Shown here: positions 26,879 through 40,830 of the stretch, in pieces | How the letters are laid out: each line of letters starts with the position of its first letter | How positions within the stretch are numbered: the stretch's first letter is position 1 | DNA from: the human T2T-CHM13v2.0 reference genome, Homo sapiens | Assembly: GCF_009914755.1 (NCBI RefSeq) | Contig: NC_060925.1 | Length of the DNA: 64,000 bases | Direction: 5' to 3' (one strand) | The notes under the pieces: generated by a model | Told to the model about the DNA's origin: nothing | What the model saw: only the letters and a program-made list of their open reading frames with translations | Database searches by the model: none | Position numbers and translations under genes: made by a program

Positions 26879-28646
26879 TCTTTGGATGCAGCAATCCCCT
26901 CCCCGCTGCTCATGCAGGCAGGCACTAGTAAAGTGCCTGGAACATAGGAAAGATGCAACAAATGCTAGCTCTAACTTACTGAAGTAGTGTAGTGAGTTAA
27001 TGTGGCAGGCATAGCAAAGAATAAAGTCTAGGACAAGGGCCCAGGTTTCTTTCTCGAGTCACTGATTAATGAAACAGTTTCTACCAAGGCCTTTCTGAAG
27101 GATACCCCTGCACCGTGCCTGATTAGAGTGCTGAGGCTTCTCCAGGCAAGTTGTCCCATTGATAACTCACCTCACAATTAATTTAGATCACCTATCCACT
27201 TTAAAGAATTGACTATTTCTACTTGGAATTGGAAATTTTCATCTTGAGTCATCATGACATGTGATAGTGGTTCAGTGTGAGTAATCGACAGAAAAAGGCA
27301 GGAAAAAAAAATTAAATGGCTCAATGGGAGGAATAAAGTATCCTGAGAAAATATAGTGAGACCTAATGAAAATAAGCAAGACCAGAATTTGGCTCTCAGC
27401 TAATTGCAGAGTGTTTCAAAATGACCCAGAGAAAACAAGAGCTGTCACTGGGATATTCTCACATCTCATTTATCTGTTACTGTCATCAAAGATGATATGG
27501 TGTGTGTATCTGTGATCTTCAGAAAAATAGTCAAAGTCCCAATGCTTTCCCAGCATATCTACACTGCTCTTTGCCACTTTCTGGTCTTGAGGTTTTCTCC
27601 CATTTTGTTTTATTCATTACCAAAAATTGTTCCATTAATCAGTGACTTGAGAAAGAAACCTGGGTCTTGGTCCTGACTTGATTCTTTGCTATGCTTTCCA
27701 CATTAACTCACTATACTACTTCAATAGTTAGAGCTAAAATTTGTTGCATCTTTACTGTGTACCAGGCACGTTACTAAAATAGATCATCTTAAAAAATTTT
27801 CTCACTTAATCTTTATAATGATGCCATAGGCAGAGTTATTTTCCCTCAGTTGAGAAATCAGCAACAGAATCTCAAAAAAAAGTTCGGTCATTTGCCTAAG
27901 GTCTCATAGCTTGGAGGAGGGGTAAGGGTGGGGAGTAGAAATTCCAATTCAGGCCTGTTGGACTCCACTTGACATTGCCTTAGTCAACACCCTTGCTACC
28001 TCTTGTCTCCATGATCAAAATAACCTCCTTCTCTTTCCTCTTCTTTCCTCTTTTCCTACCCCTTGCAATCTGATTTTCCACCATAATAACTTAACGGCTG
28101 ATGTTACAGGAGCTCCATCCAAGTGGTTTCACCGCAAGATATAATAGCTGACATTTGGAAAATCGTATCAATGTAGTCTTTTATCAACATTTATCAGAGA
28201 AACCAAAGTACATGGTTTCCTTTCAATCAAAGTTGCTGAAACCTTGGTCTTAGAGATCCTTCTTTCCCCCAGGGAAGGTAGCAACCTAGTTATCTACTTA
28301 AATTATTCTGACCTTCCAAGGCCAAGTCGTGTTAGCCCTCCCTAATCCAAAAATAATTAGTGGATAACAGACCCTGGCTTGCTGAGACAGAGAGTTATTT
28401 GTAGGAAATTTCTCGTCTGGAGCAAATGGTTTTGCAGGAATCACTAACCCTAATAGATTATCCCAAGCCCTTACCACCTGCTTTCCTGAGCCCCCTGTCA
28501 TCTCTGACAGTAAAAGGGCAGGCAGGTCACAATGTCAAGCCTAGAGATACAAAGTTGCCAGCACATTGTTACTGGTGATGGTTAGGCCTATGGACCAACC
28601 ATCTGGAGAGAGGACAGGATGGATGGTCACAGGCCTTCCAAGGAGG

Positions 28647-28797
28647 TAAACAGGAGCATCCATTAAAAAGACAGGCAGGCTTGCCCCAAACTCGGGTACA
28701 TGGCCAGCTCTGAGAAGCCAACATTTGTTGGCAGACAATTGCAAAGGGAAGGGGAAAAAAAAAAAAAACACAACAGAAAACAACCATAAGGGTCTGT
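28647..28797 (+). repeat. Donor segment A (inverted copy at 33104-33255)
   Basis: Its reverse complement aligns by eye to 33104-33255 at roughly 88-90% identity. Confidence 0.93.
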
Positions 28798-28849
28798 CAT
28801 GGCCCAAGAGCTCCTGCAGAATACCTGAGAGTGTACAGCAGCTGATGCT

Positions 28850-29058
28850 AGGACTGAACAGAATTTGGTGTTATGGGGCAGTGCTGGGCACCTGAGGCAC
28901 AGTGTTCAAATCAATGTTTGTCCCAGCTCAATATCTGGGAACAAGAGCAGGGCCCAAAGGGAGGTTACTTTAGAGTAGTGGTTCTCAAACCTGAGTGTGC
29001 ATTAGAATCACCTGGAGGGCTTGTTAAGGAAGAGATTGCTGAACCCCACACCCAGAGT
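28850..29058 (+). repeat. Donor segment B (direct copy at 32896-33102)
   Basis: Aligns by eye to 32896-33102 with ~7 substitutions and one 2-bp indel. Confidence 0.95.
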
Positions 29059-29163
29059 TCTTTATTCAGTAGGTATGGGGTGGGGACTTCAGAATTTGAG
29101 TTTCTAATCAGTTTCCACGTAAGGCTGTTCTGCTGGTCTGGGGACCATACTTTGAGAGCACTG
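28976..29163. mobile_element. hAT-Charlie MITE MER5A
   Basis: 'agtggttctcaaac...gcattagaatcacctggagggcttgttaa...ggggaccatactttgagagcactg' with inverted ends. Confidence 0.85.
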
Positions 29164-29219
29164 CCTTAGAAAAGAGAGTTCACAGGAAAGGCAAGTAGGG
29201 AAGAAGCCAGCATCAGCTG

Positions 29220-29430
29220 TAACCAACATATGCCAAGTGTTGGCACCTTATAAAGGTGGTCTCATTCAATCCTCCTAATAAACGTGAAAGCAGGCTTTAT
29301 AAACCCTATTCTGTGTATGAGAAAACTGAGGTCCAGAAAGGTGAAGTGACCTGGTCATGATGAACATAGCTGGGGAGAGATAGAGCCAGGATCAGAATCC
29401 AGGTTTTCAAGACTTTAAGACCACCTTCTT
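29220..29430 (-). mobile_element. MIR SINE
   Basis: 'atgagaaaactgaggtccagaaaggtgaagtgacctg' matches the antisense MIR core. Confidence 0.7.
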
Positions 29431-30943
29431 CTCAAGACAAAGCTCCAGCCTGTTCAGGTGAATATCAGGAAGATCTGCTGTCTCCAGAGTCTACTCTGTC
29501 TTCAGGAAAATGCCTATTCCCACCTTTCCCCAGTATGCAAAAGTCAACCACTTCCACACGTCTTTATTGCCCACATCAAATGCATCTAAGATGAAATGCA
29601 CAGAGGAATGCAGCATCCCCCGCACCACCACCACCACTCAGAGATCATCCCAAAGGCAGTACCAAGAGGCAACTCCATGCACTCAGAGTTGGACTCTGCT
29701 GGGGTTCTCGACAGGTGATGAGCTACACTGTTGACTGAGGGGCTCCAGTAATTTAATCCTCTAAAGTGCAGATTTAGGAATACTTCAGACTTACAAGTGG
29801 TTTTGGTACAAAGGACTTCTGATCTAAAGATGAGATTTCAAGTCCATAGATAAGTACTTATTTGCCAGAGGTAAAGTCCCATAACTTACCTGAATTTTAG
29901 TCTCTTTACCTGAAAAACCCAGCTATTAATGTCAGCTATACTGCCTCACAGGATTCATGACAGCATAAAGTGAAATGGTGCACACGTATATATCTGGTGA
30001 GTTGTTTGCTGACATAACAATAAAAAGTACTGTGAATCATGAGTGATGGTAAATACAAGCTAATGAGAGAGGAACTTGCAAATAGGTGTTCTTCATTAGG
30101 GACTTCATCCTGGCTTCTCTACTTTGTGATTTGTATTTCTTCAAGTTATTATCCTCCTGGCCAAAGTTTCTTCCTCTGAGATATGGAGACGCCCACACCT
30201 GAGAGGCCTCACAGTAGGGTGCATGTGACACATTTTCAGAGGGTAGAATTTGTAGGGGATATTTCAATGGACTTAACCACTCAAAACAAATCAGCAATAA
30301 TTACACCCAAACACAGTCTATATTGGGTCTTGCTGATCACCAGCCTTCCCTTTACCACTGTCTCATTTCTTGAGGACCACCATGACTATGGCCTCTTAGA
30401 TTCTGTCAAAGCAAAGCTCCAAGACCATGTTCTCCTCCTCTGTTGATGGCTCAACTATATCCCCGCTCCCCTTTCCCTCCTTGCAAATAGAAAGTTTAAC
30501 AGTGTTCTACAACTCATCCTTCAATGGGCTGTACTCAAAGTTCTGTGCCACAGACACCTCCAAAAACAGTGGTGCCTCAGGGTAGAAAATTAATTTTCCA
30601 TCTTGAACAAAACGTTGGAGCACACCTGGAAAAACTTATCATATACCATGGTGTCTGGACCACTGACTGGTATGGAGTAGGGAGACAGACTTTTGATCCT
30701 CATGGGGTAGTGACTCACTCTTCCTGGGTCCCTGAGTCCCAAAATCCTAATCACAGTATGTAGATGATAATACCTACCCCTATTCATCTCCCAGGGTTGA
30801 GAAAGATAAGAATAGGATGGATGTGAAATTGAACAGAGGGCCATACCGTAATAACAGCAGCATGGCACGAGCTAATACCACAAATATAATCGCTGCTCTT
30901 AGGGTCACACAAGCAGCACAGTGGTTAAGAGTAGTGTGGCTAA

Positions 30944-31250
<307 letters not shown>

Positions 31251-31689
31251 GAGTGATGGGGCTAAAATATGAGCACTGCATCTATACAAATCCCAGCCCT
31301 TCCACTTACTAGATGTATGCCTTTGGGTAAATGACTCAACCTTCCTAGGCCTCAGGTTACTCATCCATGAAAGTGGATTAATTGAGTTAACACAAGGAAA
31401 GCATTGAGAACAGTGAAAGGAGCACTGTAAGGGTTCAATCAAGGGTGAACTGCTGTTACCATAACCATCACCATCACCATCAGCAACATCCTTACTCTGA
31501 TTTGGCCATTTTTCTTTCTTATTATAGTACTGCAATCTCCCTTCTGTGTTCTCTACCTGCACCATGGCAGCCTTTCACTGGGTACCTTCCTATCCTCTTC
31601 CAGCAAGAGGCACAGCAACATCGATGACATGCAGGTGGGCAGGTCAGCCCTGCCTTGATAAAAATCACAGAATTTCATTATTATGTGTA

Positions 31690-32587
<898 letters not shown>

Positions 32588-32717
32588 GCATATGTATTTT
32601 TTAAAGCACCAATCAACTTTTTCTATTGGTTTTTAGAAATATTTCCAAATTTCCACTTTTAACTAATTAGGTAATTAATGAGTTTTCACAAACAAATTCC
32701 ATTAGAATGAGAAACAC

Positions 32718-33325
32718 CACAGCATAGCATAAGAACGTGGTCACTTAAGCCAGACTCTGGTTCAAATCCTGGATCCAGCAGTTATTAGTGATATGGCCTT
32801 AGCCAAGTTACTTAACCTGTCTATACCTCCATTTCCTTATCTGCAAAATGGGTATAACAGTGATTCTTAGTTCACAGGGTTATCCTGTGATAGGAAGGAC
32901 TGAACAGAATTTGGTGTTATGGGGCAGTGCTGGGCACCTGAGACAGTGTTCAAATCAATGTTTGTCCTAGCTCAATATCTGGGAACAAGAGCAGGGCCCA
33001 CAGGGAGGTTACTTTGGAGCAGTGGTTCTCAAACTTGAGTGTGCATTAGAATCATCTGGAGGGCTTGTTAAAGAAGAGATTGCTGAACCCCACACCCAGA
33101 GTAACTGACCATTACGGCTGTTTTCTATTGTGTTTTTTTCTTTTATCTTCCCTTTGCACTTGTCTGCCAACAAATGTGGAAATGCTTCTCAGAGCTGGCC
33201 ACGCACCTGAGTTTGGGACAAGTCTGTCTGTCTTTTTAATGGATGTTCCTGTTTAGTGAGGCCTGAGTGATTTCACGTAAGGTGCTGAGAACAGCCCTTG
33301 GCACGTGGTAAGCACTCAGTAAGTC
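32718..33325 (+). mobile_element. MIR SINE split by a templated insertion
   Basis: 5' part 32718-~32883 ends 'cacagggttat'. 3' part from 33256 resumes 'gtgagg...gagaacagcccttggcacgtggtaagcactcagtaa'. Together they match the MIR consensus 'catagggttgtt|gtgagg'. Confidence 0.85.
32884..33255. other. Locally templated complex insertion (direct + inverted copies of 28647-29058)
   Basis: 32896-33102 = 28850-29058 (direct); 33104-33255 = reverse complement of 28647-28797; ~12-nt filler at 32884-32895. Confidence 0.92.
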
Positions 33326-34849
33326 CTAAATACTTTAATATTAGATGCTTTTCCTGATGCTTCAAAGACAGTGATAAAATAAAAGAGTTTGATGATTGCT
33401 GCAAAAGAAAAGAGCAGTCCCACAACAAGTGGGCCAGATAAAGTTCTTCCTCCAACATACTATATCACGTGGAAAAGCCCTTTCCCTTTCTGAGTCTTGG
33501 TTAAGAAACAAAATCCATTAACACCTGAGGTGTATAAAATTCTTTCACTCAGCTAGCCGCCTTTGCACATCCCCAACTCTCAGTGACAAATTAAAATTCT
33601 CCTACCATCTGAAACCCACTAGCCTGAGTGCTAGTGACAGTTGTGTGCCATGCAGACAACCTGGTTCCATGGGAGGCATGGAGAAGCACATTTCCAGCCA
33701 GTCCTCAAAGCGCATCTCCAATCAGTACTCAGGAAAGCATGAAACACAGCCACAGCCATTGCTGGCCACAGCAATCAGACACGAGAATGCAACCAACACA
33801 GCATCCTGAGACTTTGTTTATAGACAGATGGAGGGACAAGAGGCTCATTCTCATCCACATGCCCATTTTATATATGCTAACTAGTAACAGCGGAAAGTGT
33901 AATAACTTTGGGTCTTGGGTCTTAGGGAAATGGACAGAAAATGATTAATGAATGGAAAATGAGTTTCCAAGTTCTACCTTCAATAGGATGTGTGAGCATA
34001 ATATACTCTTGCCTGATTTGGGCTTCCCTATCTCTCTGAATCATGCTGGTGCTACTGCTGACATAGCACTCTTATTCCTTCATCCATCCATCATGTATTC
34101 ATCAAACGTTTATGGAATCTAGTAGAAGTCAGGCAATGATCCACTGGGCTAACACAGCAATATAAGGTTCAACATGATTTCCTGTCCTCTTTCTGTTGCT
34201 TTCACCCTCCTTAATACAAGGGAGTCTGTTCAATACTAAAGAGGACATTTTCTGCCTTCACTTAACATATATTTGAGGAACCAAATTACTTTAACAATAA
34301 AGATACATAACTTTCATGGAATACTTCAGATATACAAGGCTGAGCATTTAAATACACTCTCTTATTTATTTTAAGAATATGCTGGCCTTTGCCCATCATA
34401 TTCCCATTTTACAGTGAGGAAAGCTAAGCTGGAAAACAGTTAAGTAGCTTGTGCAAGCTCTCATTACTGAGATGCTGCAGCTGAGGGCTGAACCCAGTTC
34501 TCTCTAAAATCAGTCAGGCTCCTAACCGGATCCTAAATTGCTTCCAGACACTAGCCAGGTGGGAAGAACACATGCTCTAAGTCAGACCAGCCTTCATTAA
34601 AGCATCTCCTAATTGTGTGACTTTGGGCCACTATGCCTCAGCTTCAGTTTCCTGGGCCATGAAATGGCATTAAAGAAGAGAATTGTTGTGCAAATTTAAA
34701 GAGATGCATTCATGGAATCCCTGTAAGTAGCTCACCAACTTGACAATTGGTGGCTATTACTAGAAGTAGTCTAAGTGCCCAGCTTTGTAGGTAGGCAGTG
34801 TGGCTTCAAATTTTCCTTAAAAAGATAATTATGCAAACTCAAATAAGCC

Positions 34850-35155
34850 AGAGAAAAAATAGTACATGTATGAATTTATAGATAAATTGTGGAGAATGAA
34901 AACATGTAAAGCAACAGAAAGCAGTCAGTGCTGTGAGGATGGGGTGGTGATGGGGAGTAGGAGGAAGGGGTGGGAGAGTGGGATGAAGAAGGGCCAAGGA
35001 ATGTTTTGGAAGTGATGGATGTTTTGTAACCTTGATTGTGGTAATGGTTTGATAGGTATACACATAAATTTGAGTTAGGATGTCTCAAAATGTAGACTTT
35101 AAATATGTACAATTCATTGCTTATCAATTTTACCTGCATAAAGCTGTTTTTAAGA
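34850..35155 (+). mobile_element. Old L1M 3' end fragment
   Basis: 'ggaagtgatggatgttttgtaaccttgattgtggtaatggttt...aattttacctgcataaagctg' is a typical L1MC/ME terminus. Confidence 0.7.
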
Positions 35156-35967
35156 AAGGATTTCTGGCACATGAGCAAGTACTCTCTGTTGAAGGTGGAG
35201 CCAGTTTTATCTACGTTAGCTCAGTGTAGCCATCCTCACCATAGTACAATACCTAGAGCTGGACATGAGGCTGCCAAGGCACTTTCTTGGCAAATCTCTC
35301 TTTTCTTTCCTTGTCCATCATGTAGCAGGAGATGACCTGGCAGTGAGTGTGGGAGGCAGGTGGGCTCCTGGCAAACCAGGAAGGTTAGCAAACATGATTT
35401 GACCATTTATTGAAGTCCCAGACAGCATAATAGGCTTTGGCTAAAGAAAGGGCTTTAATAATTCTTGGTCTTAGCCCAACACGGGTGTAGGCAATCCTGT
35501 TTAATTAAGGTAATTTTTGTCACTTGAGTCACTGTGCACCTTTCAAAGGGGTCAACCACACTAAGTGGCAATGGAGACTCCAGAATATTACAGTTGCCAC
35601 AACAAAGTCAATTGTTAACATAAATCAGAAATTAAAAATATTTATCACTTGGAGGTATACGATAATAAGTGAAGAATCAGTGATGCCAATACAGTCCTTT
35701 TTGCTTGTGCAATTCAAAACTTAACCTTTATGTAGTTTGAAAATTCACTTTTAATTGGCGTTTGAAAGCAAGGGACAACTATACATGATAATAACTGAGA
35801 TTAGTAATAATAGAGGTCAATGTTTCCTGAAGATTTACCATACATCAGGTACTTCCTAAGCACTTTGTGGGTCCATTTGATCCACACAGCAAACCTATTA
35901 GGCAGATTGCCATCAAAATTCCCACTTTAGAGATGAGGATACAGAGGCACAGAAAGTTCGATAACTT

Positions 35968-36277
35968 GGCCAGGCGCCGTGGCTAACGCCTGTAATCCCA
36001 ACACTTTGGGAGGCTGAGGCGGGCAGATCACTTGAGGTCAGGAGTTCAAGACCAGCCTGGCCAACATGGTGAAACCCCATCTCTACTAAAAAAACAAAAA
36101 CACAAAAATTAGCCAGGCATGGTGGCACGTGTCTGTAATCCCAGTTACTCAGGAGGTTGAGGCACAAGAATCGCTTGAACCCAGGAGGTAGAGGTTGCTA
36201 TAAGGCAAAATAGTGCCACTGCACTCCAGTCTAGGTGACAGAGAGAGACTCCATCTCAAAAAAAAAAAAAGAAAGAA
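35968..36277 (+). mobile_element. Alu (AluSx-like) inserted in a MIR
   Basis: Full dimer; TSD 'agaaagttc(g/a)a(t/a)aactt' at 35951 and 36278. Confidence 0.95.
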
Positions 36278-36339
36278 AGAAAGTTCAAAAACTTGACCGA
36301 AACCACATGATGAAATGCAGCATTTTAACTATTAACAAC

Positions 36340-36580
36340 AGCTGTTGTTTATTTAGCTCCTGCTATGTACTAGAACTTTGTGCAGCACTTTATATATTTT
36401 CTTTTTAAAAACTGACATTAAAGCCACAACATGAGCTAGGTACAATTATTCTCATCTTACAAATGAAGAAACCGAAGCTTTGAAATATTAAGTAATTTGC
36501 CCAAGGTCTCGCAGCTAAATAGCAGTAGAGCCAGATTTTAGTGCCAGATTCATCTAATTCCAAATCCACGGACTACTCAG
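36340..36580 (-). mobile_element. MIR SINE
   Basis: 'ttacaaatgaagaaaccgaagct...aagtaatttgcccaaggtctcgcagcta'. Confidence 0.7.
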
Positions 36581-37555
36581 GAGAGCACGTGGTTTTACAT
36601 CCCCTTTGAATATGTTCTTCTTCTCCTCACCCCAAGTCAGTAAGTTCCATTATTCACACATGGCAGACAGACACAAAGACACAAAAAGGTTGAAGAAGAC
36701 AAAACATTTGTTTAATTTCACTTGCATGTTTTAGAGTCAGTTATTTTTAAAACCCAGGGAATGTAATCTTGCTCATAGGAAATGCTTTGGAAGGCAATAA
36801 AGTAGATTAAATTAAAGTATGGTTTGATGGTGATGATTTAGCAAACTGCAGTAGTGTTAGTAAAAAATGAAATAGAAGATCTCTTTGCATATTATCTCCC
36901 TAAAGAGTACCACATAAGAAACCCTCTTTGCACATAAAATAATGAGAATATATACATATAATAAACATAAACTACAATATATGAAAATATGCTTCTTCCA
37001 TAAACTCTGTCTGCCAAACCTCCAATAAGGTGGAAGGATATTAAAATACGAACTGGAAAAAATGAGAAGGGTTATAAGCAACTTCTAGCAGGCTTGGGTT
37101 TGAAAATAAAACCAACTCATTAACATCTCCCTCCCTCCCTTCCTAGTGTCTATGAACTGTACATTTCGAAATCACCCACGCTGTGACAGAGTAAGGCATG
37201 CAGGCTTAAAGGAATGGTGCTGCCATCAAGGAGTTCACAGTGTAGCAGGGAAGAGAAACATAGTCCTAGAGCAGGAGAATTAAATAGAATGTAATGAAGC
37301 CTCTCAAAATCTTCCTACAATATTTAGAATAAAAGTCAGAATGCTGGGCATCCCCCTGCCCCGAGCCCCAGGGCCCTAAGTCTAGAGACTCATCTTTCAC
37401 CACTCTCACTATATTCCAAGAACACTGGCCTTCTCTCAATCCCTCAATCACCAAACCTTTTCCCTTTGCATTTGCTGTTCTCTCTACCTGGAATGCCCCC
37501 CACCTCCATCCATATCCTGGCTTAACTCTCTCTCTTCCTCCCTCCCTCCCTGCAT

Positions 37556-37557
37556 CT

Positions 37558-37612
<55 letters not shown>
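37556..37612. repeat. Compound (TC)n(CA)n microsatellite
   Basis: Direct reading: about 13 TC units then about 15 CA units. Confidence 0.92.
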
Positions 37613-37615
<3 letters not shown>

Positions 37616-38589
37616 ATCAACTTTTCCTGGGAGAGTAAAAAAAGGTTTCCAGAGGAAGTGACATGTAAGCTGGACTCTGGAGGAGGAGAGGAGGTGATTA
37701 GGTGTTTCAAAGGAGAGAAAAAGGAAAGACAAGACAGGAAGAGGACACGGGAGGTGAAAAAGCATAGCACATTAGGAAAATGGAAGGAAGTGTGGGGCAC
37801 TGAGTGTGTTGAGTGTGGAATAGGACAAGAGCATAAGTTGGGGCCTAGATCCCAAGGTCAAGGTCTTGCCTGTGAAGGTCAGCAGCTTGCAATCAGAGAT
37901 ATGCACCATGGGCACCCCCAGGCCACTGGTCTTGTGAACATGGTTTTAAAGAAAAAACCTCTGGGAACTGCATAGAGGAGAGACTAAAATTTTTCCAACA
38001 GGAACCTGAGGCTGGGGGAAGGGAAAAGACTCGCGTCACAGCATGTGACTCCACATCCACTCCACACACTGAAGGCTCTGGTGAGTGTCTTTGTTACCTT
38101 GTTAAGGAGTCCACTTGGAAATTGAATTAAAAGAATAGGGTTCCTGCAGCTTTTAATAACTTCTCTTATTAAAGTAAAATTTCTAATTAATAATTTATTT
38201 TAAAAAGGAAGATCAACTAGCATTTACCTTAAAAAACCCACACAGAGACTTCAGCAAGGGCAGCAGGACTGCCTCTTCCAGAGGCACAGGCCACATAGGG
38301 CCTGTCCCAGAGAGAGGTGCAAACACCTGGAGAGAAGCAGTGTTTTGTCACCTTTACTTAAAGGGCTTGTTGGGAGGTGGCAGCTGGCTTGTCTTCTGAT
38401 GGAAAACTATCACACTGGGGGAAATGTAACCATAGCCATGTCAACTGTGAGTAAGGAAGAAGACCGCGGGCTATGCACGGGTCATTTCTTCTAAATCTTC
38501 TGGTACAAGAACAATTCTGACTACAGGGAAATCACGGATCATCTGCAGGGAAATGAAGATGTTTGGGGAATAAAACTGTTACTACCAAA

Positions 38590-38810
38590 GATTCAGCAGC
38601 ATGAAAAGTCAAGATGATGGGCGTTGAAGTCAGAAGTCCGAGGCCCAACTGCAACCCCATGACCAGCTCTGTGACCTTGAGTCAATCATTCTCACCTCTC
38701 TGAGTCCAAGTTTCCTTGGCTGTTAAATGAGGAGAGTGATCAGGACTTAACAGGATGGTTTTAAGGAGTAAGTAACACAAATGCACTTGGAAAGTATACA
38801 GTCTGGTACC
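38590..38810 (+). mobile_element. MIR SINE
   Basis: 'ctgtgaccttgagtcaatcattctcacctctctgagtccaagtttcc' MIR core. Confidence 0.65.
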
Positions 38811-39379
38811 AAGCAGTCCTAAGAAGTTCAGCCTATGGAAGGGCCAAATGAGTCCAAGCTGCACAAGCTGCAGTACATGAGCATGGGACCAAGGAATCCC
38901 AGTCTCTCAAAGGTCATCACTATCAATGTCATGGCCTCAGAGAACTAGGTGACTGAAACCACTATTCCATTTAATCAAGTCCTTATTTCAAACTAGATCA
39001 TCAGAATGAATTTAGGCAGGGAACTTTACCTCTTTCTGTATACTGTCCCCTCACTGGTCTGAAATTACTGGTGACTATACTCCTGTCTCTCCCTTACCAT
39101 CTTAAGCCTTTTCAGAGATATGGTTCTGTTGCCCTTTAGCCTGAAGACAGTCTGGTTGCATCTATTAGTGTCCTTAAGCTGCCAGAAAGCATTCACTCAA
39201 CATTGATTTACTGAGCACATATTATGTGCCAGGCACTATTCTAGGCATGATGGGTAAAATCAACATGGTCTCAATTCTCTTGCATGAAACATGCAATTTA
39301 GTCTGTGAGAGGGAAAGTAGGGTAGCAAGCAATGATTAAGTTCACAAAGAAATAAAAATCCAGTCTTGGTGCTATGTGT

Positions 39380-39600
39380 TATGTAGTATAGTGGTTACGA
39401 GCATGTAGTGTGGAGGCAGAGAGCCAGGGTTCAAATCTGAACCTGCTGCTTCCCATTCTACAACTTGGGGTGAGTGTTTTAATCTTTCTGGGTGTCAGTT
39501 TCCTCATAGGAGTGTGGTGAGGTCTAAATGAGTTAATGTACGTAAAGCCCTTAGGATAGTGCCTGGAACTTAATAATAAGAATGCAAATAAGTGCTACTA
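39380..39600 (+). mobile_element. MIR SINE
   Basis: 'tagtggttacgagc...cagggttcaaatc...cagtttcctcat...aaatgagttaatgtacgtaaagcccttaggatagtgcctgg'. Confidence 0.8.
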
Positions 39601-40379
39601 AAACTTTTATAGCTTTATTTGACCAGCCCCACAGTGATTTCACTTGTAATTTTGCAAGTAAATGCCTGAAGATGAGGATCAATAAATTGGCAAGTTTATA
39701 GAGTTAAAAACAACTCATGTTAATAAAGTACTTTCCAATTTACAAAACAATTTCATGCAAAATTATTATTTGATCATCAAAAGAAGCTACCTGAAGTGAG
39801 GAGATGAGGCAAGTAGTTTTTCTTAGCATCTCAATTCATTACAGGGTCCTTATTACTTAGCCTAGAGGCAGGTCTACTAGGCATGCAAATGTTTGTTGAA
39901 GGAATAAATGCAGATGAGAGAATTGAGGCAGCATTCACTGTGAGAGAACCATTGGGCTTGATGCATTACATACATTTAATTCAGAGAGCTTAGGTGATTC
40001 TCTCAGGGCCGCACAGCTAAGTGATAGCAAGGTCTGTGTCTTCAGGAGCCATTGCTGCTTCTGCAAAGCCACTAAATGAGACCACCTTGCTATAGGGTTT
40101 TTGTGGCTTTATCAATGACACCCCCTTTCTTCCTGGCACATAGTAGGCAGCAAGCAAGCATTCATTCATTCATTGGTATAACAGAAAAAAAAAATCCTGC
40201 ACTACTATGCTCTTCTGAAACTTAAGTGTGTCTACAGCCTTTATTGAATGAAGGCATCCATCAACATCCAAATCCTTCCCAGGAACCAGTCCTTTAAGAC
40301 CCAGGACACACTTCTTCAGGACCCCAGCCTTCTCTCGGTGTCTGAGGGCACAGTTTCTTTATCCCTGCCACTTACCATG

Positions 40380-40830
40380 CCCACCCTTAACCAATTTATT
40401 CCTAGTCTCAGCTTAAATATCACTTCCCTGGGGAAGTCCACTTTTCTAGACTTCACCAATTATGTGAGGGCCCTATTTACCATTTGATGTGTACCCTATG
40501 TTTCAAAATTCATGCAAAAACACACGCCAAGATTGTTCTAACAACTGTGGATTCAGCAGGAACAAAACAGACAAAAACCTGCCCTCAAGGAGCTTCCGTT
40601 CTAGTGGAACATAGTATTTTCTCCCAAAGCTCTTATAATTGTAATTAATTATTTTAATAATCATTAGCTGGATGTCTTTCATATTCAACTGGAAGATCTG
40701 GAGAACAGGGATCAGTTCTGTGGTCCCTCCAGAGCCTAGCACAGAGCCTGAAACATAGCAGGTTTAATTCTACAAGATTTTAGATGAAGGATGAATGAAT
40801 AAATGCATGCATGCATGCATGTATGCATGA
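40380..40830 (+). mobile_element. L2 3' end with (TGAA)/(TGCA)n tail
   Basis: 'ccagagcctagcacagagcctgaaacatagcagg...atgaatgaataaatgcatgcatgcatgcat'. Confidence 0.65.

Noticed and set aside
32896-33102. Explaining the 28.9/33.0-kb similarity as two independent MER5A insertions
   Set aside because: Identity extends ~125 bp into unique flank and is ~96%, far above that of independent MER5A copies.
32884-33255. Processed pseudogene or classical L1-mediated retrocopy
   Set aside because: There is no poly(A) tail, no long TSD, no TT/AAAA endonuclease site and no spliced-exon structure.
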